Part shown: piece by piece, positions 20,913 to 29,593 of the stretch
How positions within the stretch are numbered: position 1 is the first letter of the stretch
Layout of the letters: each line of letters starts with the position of its first letter
Origin: Candidatus Wildermuthbacteria bacterium
Lineage (GTDB): Bacteria; Patescibacteriota; Minisyncoccia; Minisyncoccales; CAVTZN01
Direction: 5' to 3'
DNA length: 64,000 nt
NCBI GenBank assembly: GCA_963739285.1
Contig: CAVTZN010000002.1
Span: 1,134 to 65,133, forward strand
The notes under the pieces: model-generated
Database searches by the model: none
The model's input: the letters and a program-made list of their open reading frames with translations, nothing else
What the model was told of the DNA's origin: nothing
Position numbers and translations under genes: made by a program

Positions 20913-22445
20913 ATGCTAGAAGATAAAAATAATTCTTTAGATAAATATAATTATCAACCAGTTTGCCGCGCCGGGGATTTTTTTGAGAATCTTGCCGAAC
21001 AAGAAAGATTAGAACTGGAAAAATATCCATCCCTCCCTTCGCTTTTTAGCTTAATGCTCAATAAAGTTTATTCTAATTTCTTGAAATTCATTGAAAATAT
21101 CATTGGGGTTAAACTTTATACTTCTATTCAGGATTTCCCCTTCCTCGAATATTTCCCTGAGAACGAAAAAATTAGTGGCTAATTTTCTTCAAAAAAAAAT
21201 TATTAATCAAATATTGAGATTGCCGCGAATTTATTCTGACGAACCTTACATTATCCAGTATCGGGCCGAAGAGCCAACCGTCTTGCCAGATATTTCTTCT
21301 TATTCTGATGGCAACGGCAGTTTTTCAAAATATAGCGCTGGAGCTGATTTTAATGAGGAGAGATCTTTAATGAAAACCGTAGGTGAGGGATTAGAAAGAT
21401 TTTGCCTTTGTGTATACAGAGAAAAACATTTTTTGCTTTCGACTTTTGATAAGATTTCCCAAAAAGCCCTTAGCCCTCTTTCTTTTGCCGGTATTTCTCC
21501 TTCTCAGCGCCAAGCCAATCCAAGATTAAAAATAGATGAAAAATCTGTTTTTCGCTGGGTTGAGGGTTTTTCTCTTTATGATAAGAAAAAAGTATTTATT
21601 CCCGCTCAACTTGTTTATGTTGGATATAAATATCATCCTCAAGAGCCGATGATTCGGGAGCAAATCAGCACTGGCGCAGCAGCGGCTGATTCTTTTAAAG
21701 GGGCCCTCTATAAAGGAATTTGCGAGGCGGTTGAAAGAGATGCTTTTATGATTACCTATTTCAATAAACTTTCTCCCAGCAATAATAGAACTCGAGACAA
21801 TCGATGATGAGATTATTCAAAGGTTATTGGCGATGTTTAAACGTTACAATTTAGAAATTTATCTAATTGATATAACAACTGATATTGCCATCCCTTCAAT
21901 GATGGCAGCGATAATAGATCGAACCGGCATAGGTCAGAGTATCTGTATCAGCACCAGAACTGATTTAGATATTATCCAAGCCATTCGGGGTGCTATTTTT
22001 GAAGCCATCCAAGGAAGGATTGAGTTCCGGGGAGTACCGTTCTCTTCTCCCGATATGGTAAAGAAGAGGAAAGGAATTAAAATCCGTTCCCTCTCGGATA
22101 AAAACCTTTACTGATAGATATCTTTTTTGGAGTTCTTTAGATATGATTAAAAAAATTGAATTTCTTTTTCAAGGTCCGAAGAGAAAAATTAATATAGAAG
22201 AACAAAATAGATATAAAGATTTATCCGATAAAGAAAAACTAAAAATAGCCCTAAGAATTCTTGAAAAAAGAAAAATTGATATTTATGGAATTGACATTAC
22301 TCTTCCCCAGATAAAAGAAGAAGGAATTTATGTGGCCAAAGTTATTTCTCCCCAACTTCAGCCCCTTTATTTAGATGAAGGAATAAGGCATTGTTGGGGC
22401 GAGCGCCTTTTTAATGTTCCGGTAAAATTAGGTTATCGCAGATAA
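20913..22445 (+). CDS. YcaO-domain cyclodehydratase-like protein (four ORF fragments)
   Basis: VGEGLERFCL, ISTGAAAADSFKGALYKGICEAVERDAF, and IDITTDIAIPSMMAAI. The fragments are collinear on one strand. Confidence 0.8.
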
Positions 22446-22499
22446 ACCCCTATCTGAAAACGAGATTAAATTCTTTACCGCACCCCTTCCTTTAAAATT

Positions 22500-23251
22500 A
22501 TGAATTACTCTATGGCTAAAATTTTTCATCAACTGACAAAGGAAAAATATCAAGAGGGTTGGGACAAACCAACAAGCCCTCCGATTTTACCTCCGGAATG
22601 GCTAACAATTTATTTTAAAGAATACCCTCGTTTGCCAAAAGTTTTACTGCCGAAACCCAAGAAATTAGATTTTTCTATCGGAGAATCCTTAATTAAAAGA
22701 AAATCAGAAAGAGAATTTAATGGGAAGCCGATAAATCTTAAAGATTTAAGCCAACTCCTTTTTTATTCAGCCGGCATTATTGAAAAAAAAGAAAATGATT
22801 GGAACAAAACCCATCGAGCTTATCCTTCAGGAGGAGGCCGTTTTCCTTTGGAGATTTATCTTTTTAATCTCCAAACAAGCAATGAATTGAAAGAAGGGAT
22901 TTATCATTACAATGTCAAAGAGCATTAGTTTAGAGAAATTATTGAAGAAAAGAATTTAAGAAAAGAAATTTATCCCGAAGCTATTTGGCAGGAGATGATA
23001 CTTAAAAGCCCCCATAGTTTTAGTTATTTCAGCTGTTTTTGAGAGAACATATGATAAAATATAAAGAGAGAGGATACAGGTATATTCTTTTTGAGGCCGG
23101 GCATTTAGGGCAAAATATTTATTTGGTCAGCAAGGCCCTCGGCCTTAAATGTTGCGCTATTGGTGGTTTTGATGATGATAAATTTCATGAACTTTTGGAT
23201 ATTGACGGTGACAACGAAGCGGTTCTTTATGCCTTTGCTATGGGGTATTGA
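22500..23251 (+). CDS. SagB-type (nitroreductase-fold, FMN) dehydrogenase (at least 3 frameshifts at 22925-23060)
   Basis: RAYPSGGGRFPLEIYL, GIYHY, APIVLVISAVFERTY (shifted frame), and GYRYILFEAGHLGQNIYLVSKALGLKCCAIGGFDD. Confidence 0.8.
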
Positions 23252-23323
23252 CAGACGTCCTTGATATAATAAAATAAAGATAGGTCGAATATGATTTTAA
23301 ATACGGACTTAGTATTAAAAATA

Positions 23324-23749
23324 TGAAAAAGAAAATTTTATTTATTATTTTAGGCTTAATTTTAGCTGGTTTAATATTCTGTGGTGGAGTTTATTTTGAC
23401 GAGACTTATTTTAGCCAGAAAATTCACCGTCGCAGAAGCTCAATCCGATTTTTATCATTACTTTTCTACTACCTTGATTGATGGGTTTGGAATAGTAAAA
23501 GAGATTGATGTTAATAACTCCATTATTACTTTATCTTCTCAAATTTCTGAAGATAAAACCCTGAAAGTTAATTTTAATGAAAATAGCCGATTTTATCAGT
23601 TTTTGGCCTGGGAAGAAAATGGAAACATAAAAGCCGAGCCAATTGAATTAAAGGCCTTAAAAATTGATGACAAGGTTTATTTTGCCTGCCGGCCGAACCC
23701 AGAAGGCAACTTTATCCTTCTTTGGCTAAATGTCGCAAGCAAAGAGTAA
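23324..23749 (+). CDS. small secreted/anchored hypothetical protein (signal peptide in a different frame from the body)
   Basis: The ATG at 23324 gives MKKKILFIILGLILAGLIFCGGVYF. The body is ORF 23381-23749. Confidence 0.45.
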
Positions 23750-23831
23750 ATAGCTAAAAATTATTTTTTTAAAAAACATGTTTCCCGTTATCATTTCTTC
23801 ATTATTAAATAAAGAGGGAAGGGGTTCCAAA

Positions 23832-24335
23832 ATGGTTTACCCTTTTAAACTATTAGCCCTTTTACTTTTAGTAATTATCTTGTCTTTTTTCTGGTTGGGC
23901 GGGAAGATTTTTAAATCAGAAAAATTAAGTAAATCATTTTCCAAAATTTCTACTTCAGGCGATGTCTATGCCCAAGGTAGCTCTGGTATGTGCTGCAGCT
24001 GTAGTGGTGGTTCTGGTGGTGGTTCTGGTGGTGGTTCTGGTGGTGGTTCTGGTGGTGGTTCTGGTGGTGGTTCTGGTGGTGGTTCTGGTGTCGGTGGTTA
24101 CGCAGGTGGCATTGGTTACGGTGGCGTTGGTGCTGGTCCTGGCGTTGGTTATGCGTGTTCTGGCGCTGTTGGTACTTGCAGTGCTGTTGGCGTTGCTGGT
24201 GCTGCTGGTGCTGCTGGTGCTGGTGCTGCTGGTGCTGGTGCTGCTGGTGCTGGTGCTGCTGGTGCTGGTGGCTGTAGTAGTTGCTCTTGTTCCTGCAATT
24301 GTACTCCTCCCTCGGTAGATATCGAGGTGAAATAA
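23832..24335 (+). CDS. Gly/Ser/Cys/Ala-rich repeat protein with N-terminal TM helix; candidate azole-RiPP precursor
   Basis: GAGGGAAGGGG RBS before the ATG at 23832. The sequence has a TM helix (FKLLALLLLVIILSFFWLGG), GMCCSCSGG, (SGGG)x6, a GYGG/GAG region, (AGAGAA)n, and GGCSSCSCSCNCTPP. Confidence 0.65.
   Translation: MVYPFKLLALLLLVIILSFFWLGGKIFKSEKLSKSFSKISTSGDVYAQGSSGMCCSCSGGSGGGSGGGSGGGSGGGSGGGSGGGSGVGGYAGGIGYGGVGAGPGVGYACSGAVGTCSAVGVAGAAGAAGAGAAGAGAAGAGAAGAGGCSSCSCSCNCTPPSVDIEVK
24003..24089 (+). repeat. 12-nt tandem repeat TCTGGTGGTGGT (SGGG), about 6-7 units
   Basis: Read directly; TCT recurs at 24012, 24024, 24036, 24048, 24060, 24072 and 24084. Confidence 0.9.
24193..24270 (+). 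repeat. GCT/GGT tandem repeat, 18-nt period (GAGAAG)
   Basis: gctggtgctgctggtgctggt recurs across 24193-24270. Confidence 0.85.
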
Positions 24336-24347
24336 TTTTAAACAAAA

Positions 24348-25325
24348 GTGTTCAAATCAAAAAGTAAAAAAATAATAGTTTTTGCATTAGCCCTATTTTT
24401 AGTTTTAGGGCTATTTCAGTTAACTTTTGCTTTGACTAAAAGTGTAGGCGAAACTTTTACCATTACGGCAACCTGCTCAGATTCTGATGGAAATCTCTCA
24501 AATTGTAAAATAACCTCTCCCTGTTCTAATAGTTGTTCGGCATCCGGTTCTTCTGGAACTTGTTCTTGTCAATTTACTTGTGCCACTGCAGGAACTTATG
24601 ATGCTTGTGGCACAGCAACCGATACAGGGGGACTCACAGGTACTAAATGTACGCCGGGTGCCATTATTTGTAAATCAAACAATCCTCCCACAGCCACCAA
24701 TCTCTATCGCGAGAATCCTGATTGGTGCGTCAATCCTTTCCAATTCAGATTAAACTGGACTTTTTCTGACCCTGACGGCGATACCCAATATGCCAAATGG
24801 ATTCAGGTAGACGATAACCTCAATTTTACCTCAATTGACCATGATTCAGGCAAGGTGGAAAACAATGAAATCCCTAGCTACACCACCTTTATGACCGATG
24901 GCAAAGGAGGCGTTCTCCAATTCAACAAGACCTATTACTGGAGAGTCAAGGTCTGGGATGCCAAAGGCGGAGAATCTGGCTGGATAACTTCTTCCCAAAC
25001 CCTGATTACTCCCGGACATGCCTATCCTGACCCTGACTTTACTTTTGAACCCTCCATGCCAAGAGAACTCCAGACAGTTCAATTCACTGACCAATCCTAT
25101 TCCCCTGTCAGCATAGCCAGATGGTATTGGACCTTCCAAGACGGCAGCCCTTCAACCTCAACCCAACAAAACCCGACAGATATTTTTGAAACTCCTGGCA
25201 ATAAGACGGTAATTCTGACTGTCTGGGATCCAGATAATTATTCCTGTTCGGGAGGAGAAAAAGGAGTGCAGGTAGTCCCGGTTGGCATTTTTGCTCCCAC
25301 TTGGCGAGAGATTATTCCGTGGTAA
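24348..25325 (+). CDS. secreted protein with Cys/Ser/Thr-rich N-terminal module, a beta-rich middle domain and a C-terminal PKD-like domain
   Basis: Signal peptide, SPCSNSCSASGSSGTCSCQFTCATAG, and a PKD-like WYWTFQDGSPSTSTQQNPTDIFETPGNKTVILTVWD. Confidence 0.6.
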   Translation: MFKSKSKKIIVFALALFLVLGLFQLTFALTKSVGETFTITATCSDSDGNLSNCKITSPCSNSCSASGSSGTCSCQFTCATAGTYDACGTATDTGGLTGTKCTPGAIICKSNNPPTATNLYRENPDWCVNPFQFRLNWTFSDPDGDTQYAKWIQVDDNLNFTSIDHDSGKVENNEIPSYTTFMTDGKGGVLQFNKTYYWRVKVWDAKGGESGWITSSQTLITPGHAYPDPDFTFEPSMPRELQTVQFTDQSYSPVSIARWYWTFQDGSPSTSTQQNPTDIFETPGNKTVILTVWDPDNYSCSGGEKGVQVVPVGIFAPTWREIIPW

Positions 25326-25357
25326 ATTAAAGGGATTAGGATAGCGATTAGATATTA

Positions 25358-25387
25358 GCCGCCCCGCGCGTCAGACGCGGGCGGCTT
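25358..25387 (+). terminator. GC-rich hairpin terminator
   Basis: AGCCGCCCCGCGCG-TCAGA-CGCGGGCGGCT, followed by a T-rich tract. Confidence 0.6.
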
Positions 25388-25510
25388 TACTTTACATTTT
25401 TCAAAATTTTTTGATAAACTAAAAATAAGGAAAATTAATCTTTGAAAATCGAAATTTCGCATATTTAATTAAAAGAGTAATTATGCCTAATCGATTTCTC
25501 ATCTTAAAAC

Positions 25511-27040
25511 ATGAATCAACTAATCCTAATTATTGTAGGGGTTTTTGCCCTATCTCTCGGAGCAGTTTTGGGCTACTTTATTCGCCAATCAATCGCCAAA
25601 AGAAGAGCCGGCACTATCGAGGCCAAACTTCAAAAGAAAGTATTTCAGGCCAAGCAAGAAACTGAAACAATAATTTCCGAGGCGAAAGAAAAAGCCCAAA
25701 AAATCGTTGAAGAAGTCCAAAAAAGAGAAGGAGAAAGAAGGACAGAGCTTTTAAGGACCGAAGACTTATTGCTTAAAAGAGAAGATATCTTGGTTGAAAA
25801 ATCCAATATTTTGGAACGAAAGGAAAAGGAATTTGTCAGAAAAGTTGAGGAACTGAGGAAAATAAAAGAAATGTTAGAAACTTTGAGAGGAGAGGCGGAA
25901 AAGAACTTGGAAAGGGTTTCCGGCCTGAAAAAAGAAGAGGCGAAGGAAGAACTTCTTAAAATTTCGGAGAAAGAATATCAGGAGGAAATTCTCGGAAAAC
26001 TAAAAAAATTGGAAGAAACGGGCAAGGAAAAGTTGGAAGCCCGGGCAAAAGAAGTATTGGCTTTGGCCATTCAGAGATATGCCGCCCCTTGTTCTTCTGA
26101 AATTACCACGAGCACTGTTTCTTTGCCTAACGAAGAAATCAAAGGAAGAATTATCGGCAAAGAAGGAAGAAATATTCATACGTTGGAAAAATTAACCGGA
26201 GTAGAAATCATTGTTGATGATACGCCGGAAGCGGTGATAATTTCGGCTTTTGACCCCATTAGAAGACAGATCGCCAAAACCGCTTTGGAAAAATTAATCC
26301 AGGACGGCAGGATTCAACCTGCCAAAATTGAAGAGCAGGTGCAAAAAGCCCAGGAAGAAATTTCTTCTCAGATAAAAGCGGCCGGGGAGGCGGCCTGTTA
26401 CGATACCGGAATTTTAGGGCTTGACCCCAAATTAGTTCAACTTTTGGGAAGGTTGCGTTTCAGAACCAGTTATGGTCAGAACGTCCTTTTGCATTCAATT
26501 GAAGTGGCCCATTTGGCTTCGGCTTTGGCTTCAGAAATCGGGGCAGATACCCAAATAACCAAGAAAGCCGGTCTTTTACACGATATTGGTAAAGCCGTTG
26601 ACTACCAAATTCAGGGCTCCCATACCGATATTGGCATAAAAATTTTAGAGAAATTCGGGGTGGAATCGGAAGTGATAAAGGCAATGAAATCCCACCACGA
26701 GGAGTATCCGGCGGAGAGTCCGGAAGCGCTCTTGGTCCAGGCAGCCGATGCTATTTCCGGAGCCAGGCCGGGAGCCAGAAAAGATAGTTTAGAGAATTAT
26801 TTAAGGAGATTAACTGATTTGGAAAATATCGCCCTTTCTTTTGCCGGCGTGGAAAAGGTTTACGCCATTCAGGCCGGTCGGGAGATAAGGGTTTTTGTTA
26901 AATCCGAAGAAGTTGATGATTTGGGGGCAAGGAAATTGGCCAAGGAAATTGCTAATAGAATTCAAGAGGAACTGAAGTACCCTGGTGAAATCAAAGTCAA
27001 TGTTATTAGAGAAACAAGGGTGACAGAATACGCGAGATAA
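25511..27040 (+). CDS. rny: ribonuclease Y
   Basis: N-terminal TM, coiled coil, KH (IKGRIIGKEGRNI) and HD domain (LLHDIGKA). Confidence 0.9.
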   Translation: MNQLILIIVGVFALSLGAVLGYFIRQSIAKRRAGTIEAKLQKKVFQAKQETETIISEAKEKAQKIVEEVQKREGERRTELLRTEDLLLKREDILVEKSNILERKEKEFVRKVEELRKIKEMLETLRGEAEKNLERVSGLKKEEAKEELLKISEKEYQEEILGKLKKLEETGKEKLEARAKEVLALAIQRYAAPCSSEITTSTVSLPNEEIKGRIIGKEGRNIHTLEKLTGVEIIVDDTPEAVIISAFDPIRRQIAKTALEKLIQDGRIQPAKIEEQVQKAQEEISSQIKAAGEAACYDTGILGLDPKLVQLLGRLRFRTSYGQNVLLHSIEVAHLASALASEIGADTQITKKAGLLHDIGKAVDYQIQGSHTDIGIKILEKFGVESEVIKAMKSHHEEYPAESPEALLVQAADAISGARPGARKDSLENYLRRLTDLENIALSFAGVEKVYAIQAGREIRVFVKSEEVDDLGARKLAKEIANRIQEELKYPGEIKVNVIRETRVTEYAR

Positions 27041-27059
27041 TGTGACAACATAAAGAGTA

Positions 27060-27080
27060 CCCCACCAAATTTTGGTGGGG
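27060..27080 (+). terminator. hairpin terminator after rny
   Basis: CCCCACCAAA-TTTTGGTGGGG followed by GATTTGTTT. Confidence 0.55.
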
Positions 27081-27328
27081 GATTTGTTTATGGAGCGCCT
27101 TTTGGGCACTTTTTATCTTGGAGTATATTTACAACCACGCTCGAACCTAATTTATCAGAAATTCGTAAATTTTATCAGTTGCGGCTGCGGCGATTCCTTT
27201 CCCCTAACCTTCCTTTCTCGCCATAGTCGCCGGAGCTTATCCGCCTCTGGCGGACTTTCGCTCGTTCGCCCTTCGGGCAGACTCGCTAAAAAGAAATTAA
27301 AAATTGAAAAGAAAATTGTGATAAAAAT

Positions 27329-27357
27329 TTGACAATCCATTGATAATCTGATAAACT
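27329..27357 (+). promoter_or_regulatory. sigma70-like promoter
   Basis: TTGACA, a 17-nt spacer, then TAAACT, upstream of the GGAGGTG RBS and GTG start at 27397. Confidence 0.4.
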
Positions 27358-27396
27358 TTTATTGGCTTTTTGGATCCTTTAAAGGAGGTGATAAAG

Positions 27397-27837
27397 GTGA
27401 AACAAGAAATACCGCGTATCTTCCGTATTGTGGTTGCCGGGGTGATTGTAAGAAGTGGGTCAGTATTGCTTCTTCAACGAAGGGACGATGAAGATGTTTA
27501 CCCTGGATTATGGGAACTTCCTAGCGGAAAGCGTAAGTTCAACGAAACGAGTATAGAGGCGCTTATAAGGGAAGTTAAAGAAGAAAGTAGGTTTTTAATC
27601 GTGGTAGAGCGTCCGATTTCGATTTTTGAGTATGTAGTAGAAACTCCAACTGAAGTTCGAGACACCACACAAATTAACTTCCTTGTCCGTCCTGTTAATC
27701 TGCAAGAAACGGTAAAAATCAACAAGAAGGAACATCAAGCTGCACGATGGTTTACCAAGGAAGAACTGCTTTCTCTCCAAAACATTAGTGAAGAAACGCG
27801 GAAATGCGTCCTCACGGCGCTAGAAAACCAACCCTAA
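27397..27837 (+). CDS. NUDIX hydrolase
   Basis: GLWELPSGKRKFNETSIEALIREVKEESRF (Nudix box). The GTG start is chosen for its GGAGGTG RBS. Confidence 0.8.
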   Translation: MKQEIPRIFRIVVAGVIVRSGSVLLLQRRDDEDVYPGLWELPSGKRKFNETSIEALIREVKEESRFLIVVERPISIFEYVVETPTEVRDTTQINFLVRPVNLQETVKINKKEHQAARWFTKEELLSLQNISEETRKCVLTALENQP

Positions 27838-27871
27838 CCCTTACAATTAAACAACAGTTTAATTGTAAGGG
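27838..27871. terminator. bidirectional terminator between the convergent NUDIX genes
   Basis: CCCTTACAATTAAAC...GTTTAATTGTAAGGG long perfect stem followed by TTTTTT. Confidence 0.7.
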
Positions 27872-27875
27872 TTTT

Positions 27876-28328
27876 TTATATCCCTTCTTTTTTATTTAAT
27901 TTGCGGACTAACTCGAAAGCTTTTTTAATCACCTTTTTTGTTGCCGCTGATAGTCCATGCCGATTAAGTTCATCTTCACTGATCCAGATAAAATTTTGAT
28001 GTTCCAGACTTAGATACACTTTATGACCGCTAATTGGTTTTGCTAAAAAATTTATTTGAGTAGAATCTCGGATTTCTTCTGGTTTTTCAATTTGATAATC
28101 AAAAACAAAGAAAGGCATAGCAATCTTTATATCCAACCCCGTTTCTTCTTTTACTTCTCGGAGTAAAGAATTTTCAGATGTTTCCAGAGGTTCTTTTTTC
28201 CCGCTCGGAAGTTCCCACATATTTGGGAAAATATCCTCGTCTTTGTTCCGCTGAAGAATCAATACTTTATCATTTTTTATTATTACTGCGCCTAAAACCA
28301 CTTTTTGAATAATCGGTTTATGGTTCAT
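27876..28328 (-). CDS. NUDIX hydrolase (paralog)
   Basis: NMWELPSGKKEPLETSENSLLREVKEETGL. Confidence 0.8.
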   Translation of the reverse strand: MNHKPIIQKVVLGAVIIKNDKVLILQRNKDEDIFPNMWELPSGKKEPLETSENSLLREVKEETGLDIKIAMPFFVFDYQIEKPEEIRDSTQINFLAKPISGHKVYLSLEHQNFIWISEDELNRHGLSAATKKVIKKAFELVRKLNKKEGI

Positions 28329-29593
28329 AATAAATTACGATAATTTTTTACCACCTTTTTTATCCCCGCGATGTATAAATTTACAAATTTTAAATCACTT
28401 TTAGATGCCCAAACGGGCAACTTGATAGCATTTTGATAAAACCTTTCTGCTTTTGGGAAACCTCCAGGTTTATAAGAAAAATAGTGCTTTTTGTAAACAG
28501 GGAACAATTCGGTCGGGTTTTTAAAAAGAGGTAAAAGATTTAAAGGACAGGTAGAGCCTGGTCTATCAACTTCGCTTAAGCCTTCTGCTTGCAATGCTCC
28601 AAAAAATTTTTCAATAGGGAGATTGTCAAACTCCTCTGGTTTATATTGAAACACAAACCCATACCAAGCAGGTGTAATTTTAGAATCGAGAAATGCCGGA
28701 GGGAGTGAAATCCCACGCTCATCTTTCAATGCTTTAATCATTTTATTAGCAAACAATCTTTTGAATCCTAAATATTTCTCTAAATTTTTGAACATTTGAC
28801 AAGCTATCGTAATTGCGAGAGGATGGGCGCGATATTTCAATCCCATTCCCGTTACTGCATATTTATAGAGAGGATTATTTTGAGGGATCTCTTGTTTGCA
28901 TCGTTTATTATAATGACCCAAAAGGAGAGCTCGATAATGAAATTCTTCTTTGTTAGTAGTTAAAACTCCTCCCTCTCCACCGCTGACATTTTTTGGACCT
29001 TGTAAGCTCCAGGCCGATAGAGCGCCAAAAGAGGCGCTAATTTTACCTTTGTATTTTGCACCGTGAGCATGTGAACAGTCTTCTAGTAAAATTAAATTAT
29101 TCTCTTTACAAGTCTTAACAATCTCATCCATTTCGCAAGGAATACCCCACATATGAGTCACAATTACTCCTCTCGTCTTTGAAGTAATTTTCTTTTTGAT
29201 TTCTTGAGGATCGATATTTCCGTTTTCATCAATATCACATAGTACCGGCTTGGCTCCTGTAAATAAAAGGGGAGTAACGGTAGCAAAAAAAGTATAAGCA
29301 GGACAAATCACTTCATCGCCCTCCTTGAATCCCGCGGCTACAAACATTGAGTGAAGAGCAGCGGTTCCCGAACTACATAAAAGTGCATATTTTCTTCGAT
29401 GATATTTAGCAAAAGCATCCTCAAAGTCTTTTAAAATACCACTTCTATCATAAATGGAGATGCTTTTATAAAGTTGTTTGATAACCGCTTTTTCTACCTC
29501 TCTGTTTATTGGTGGCCAAACAAAATGTGGAGGATTTATTTTAATTGTTTTTGGTCCGCCAAGAATTGCTAATTTTTCTTTTTTAGATCCCAT
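28325..29593 (-). CDS. DegT/DnrJ/EryC1/StrS-family PLP-dependent sugar aminotransferase
   Basis: 422 aa with family-typical segments (GDEVICPAYTFFATV, HMWGIPCEMD, LSAWSLQGPKNVSGGEGG). Confidence 0.75.
   Translation of the reverse strand: MGSKKEKLAILGGPKTIKINPPHFVWPPINREVEKAVIKQLYKSISIYDRSGILKDFEDAFAKYHRRKYALLCSSGTAALHSMFVAAGFKEGDEVICPAYTFFATVTPLLFTGAKPVLCDIDENGNIDPQEIKKKITSKTRGVIVTHMWGIPCEMDEIVKTCKENNLILLEDCSHAHGAKYKGKISASFGALSAWSLQGPKNVSGGEGGVLTTNKEEFHYRALLLGHYNKRCKQEIPQNNPLYKYAVTGMGLKYRAHPLAITIACQMFKNLEKYLGFKRLFANKMIKALKDERGISLPPAFLDSKITPAWYGFVFQYKPEEFDNLPIEKFFGALQAEGLSEVDRPGSTCPLNLLPLFKNPTELFPVYKKHYFSYKPGGFPKAERFYQNAIKLPVWASKSDLKFVNLYIAGIKKVVKNYRNLL

Noticed and set aside
23950-24345. 131-aa minus-strand ORF rich in H/Q (HQQHQ...) and the 118-aa plus-strand V/L-rich ORF (23962-24318) overlapping the Gly/Ser/Ala repeat gene.
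   Set aside because: They are alternative frames of the same GGT/GCT/TCT tandem repeats. Only the Gly/Ser/Cys frame has an RBS, a start, a TM helix and non-repetitive Cys motifs at both ends, and it fits the operon orientation.
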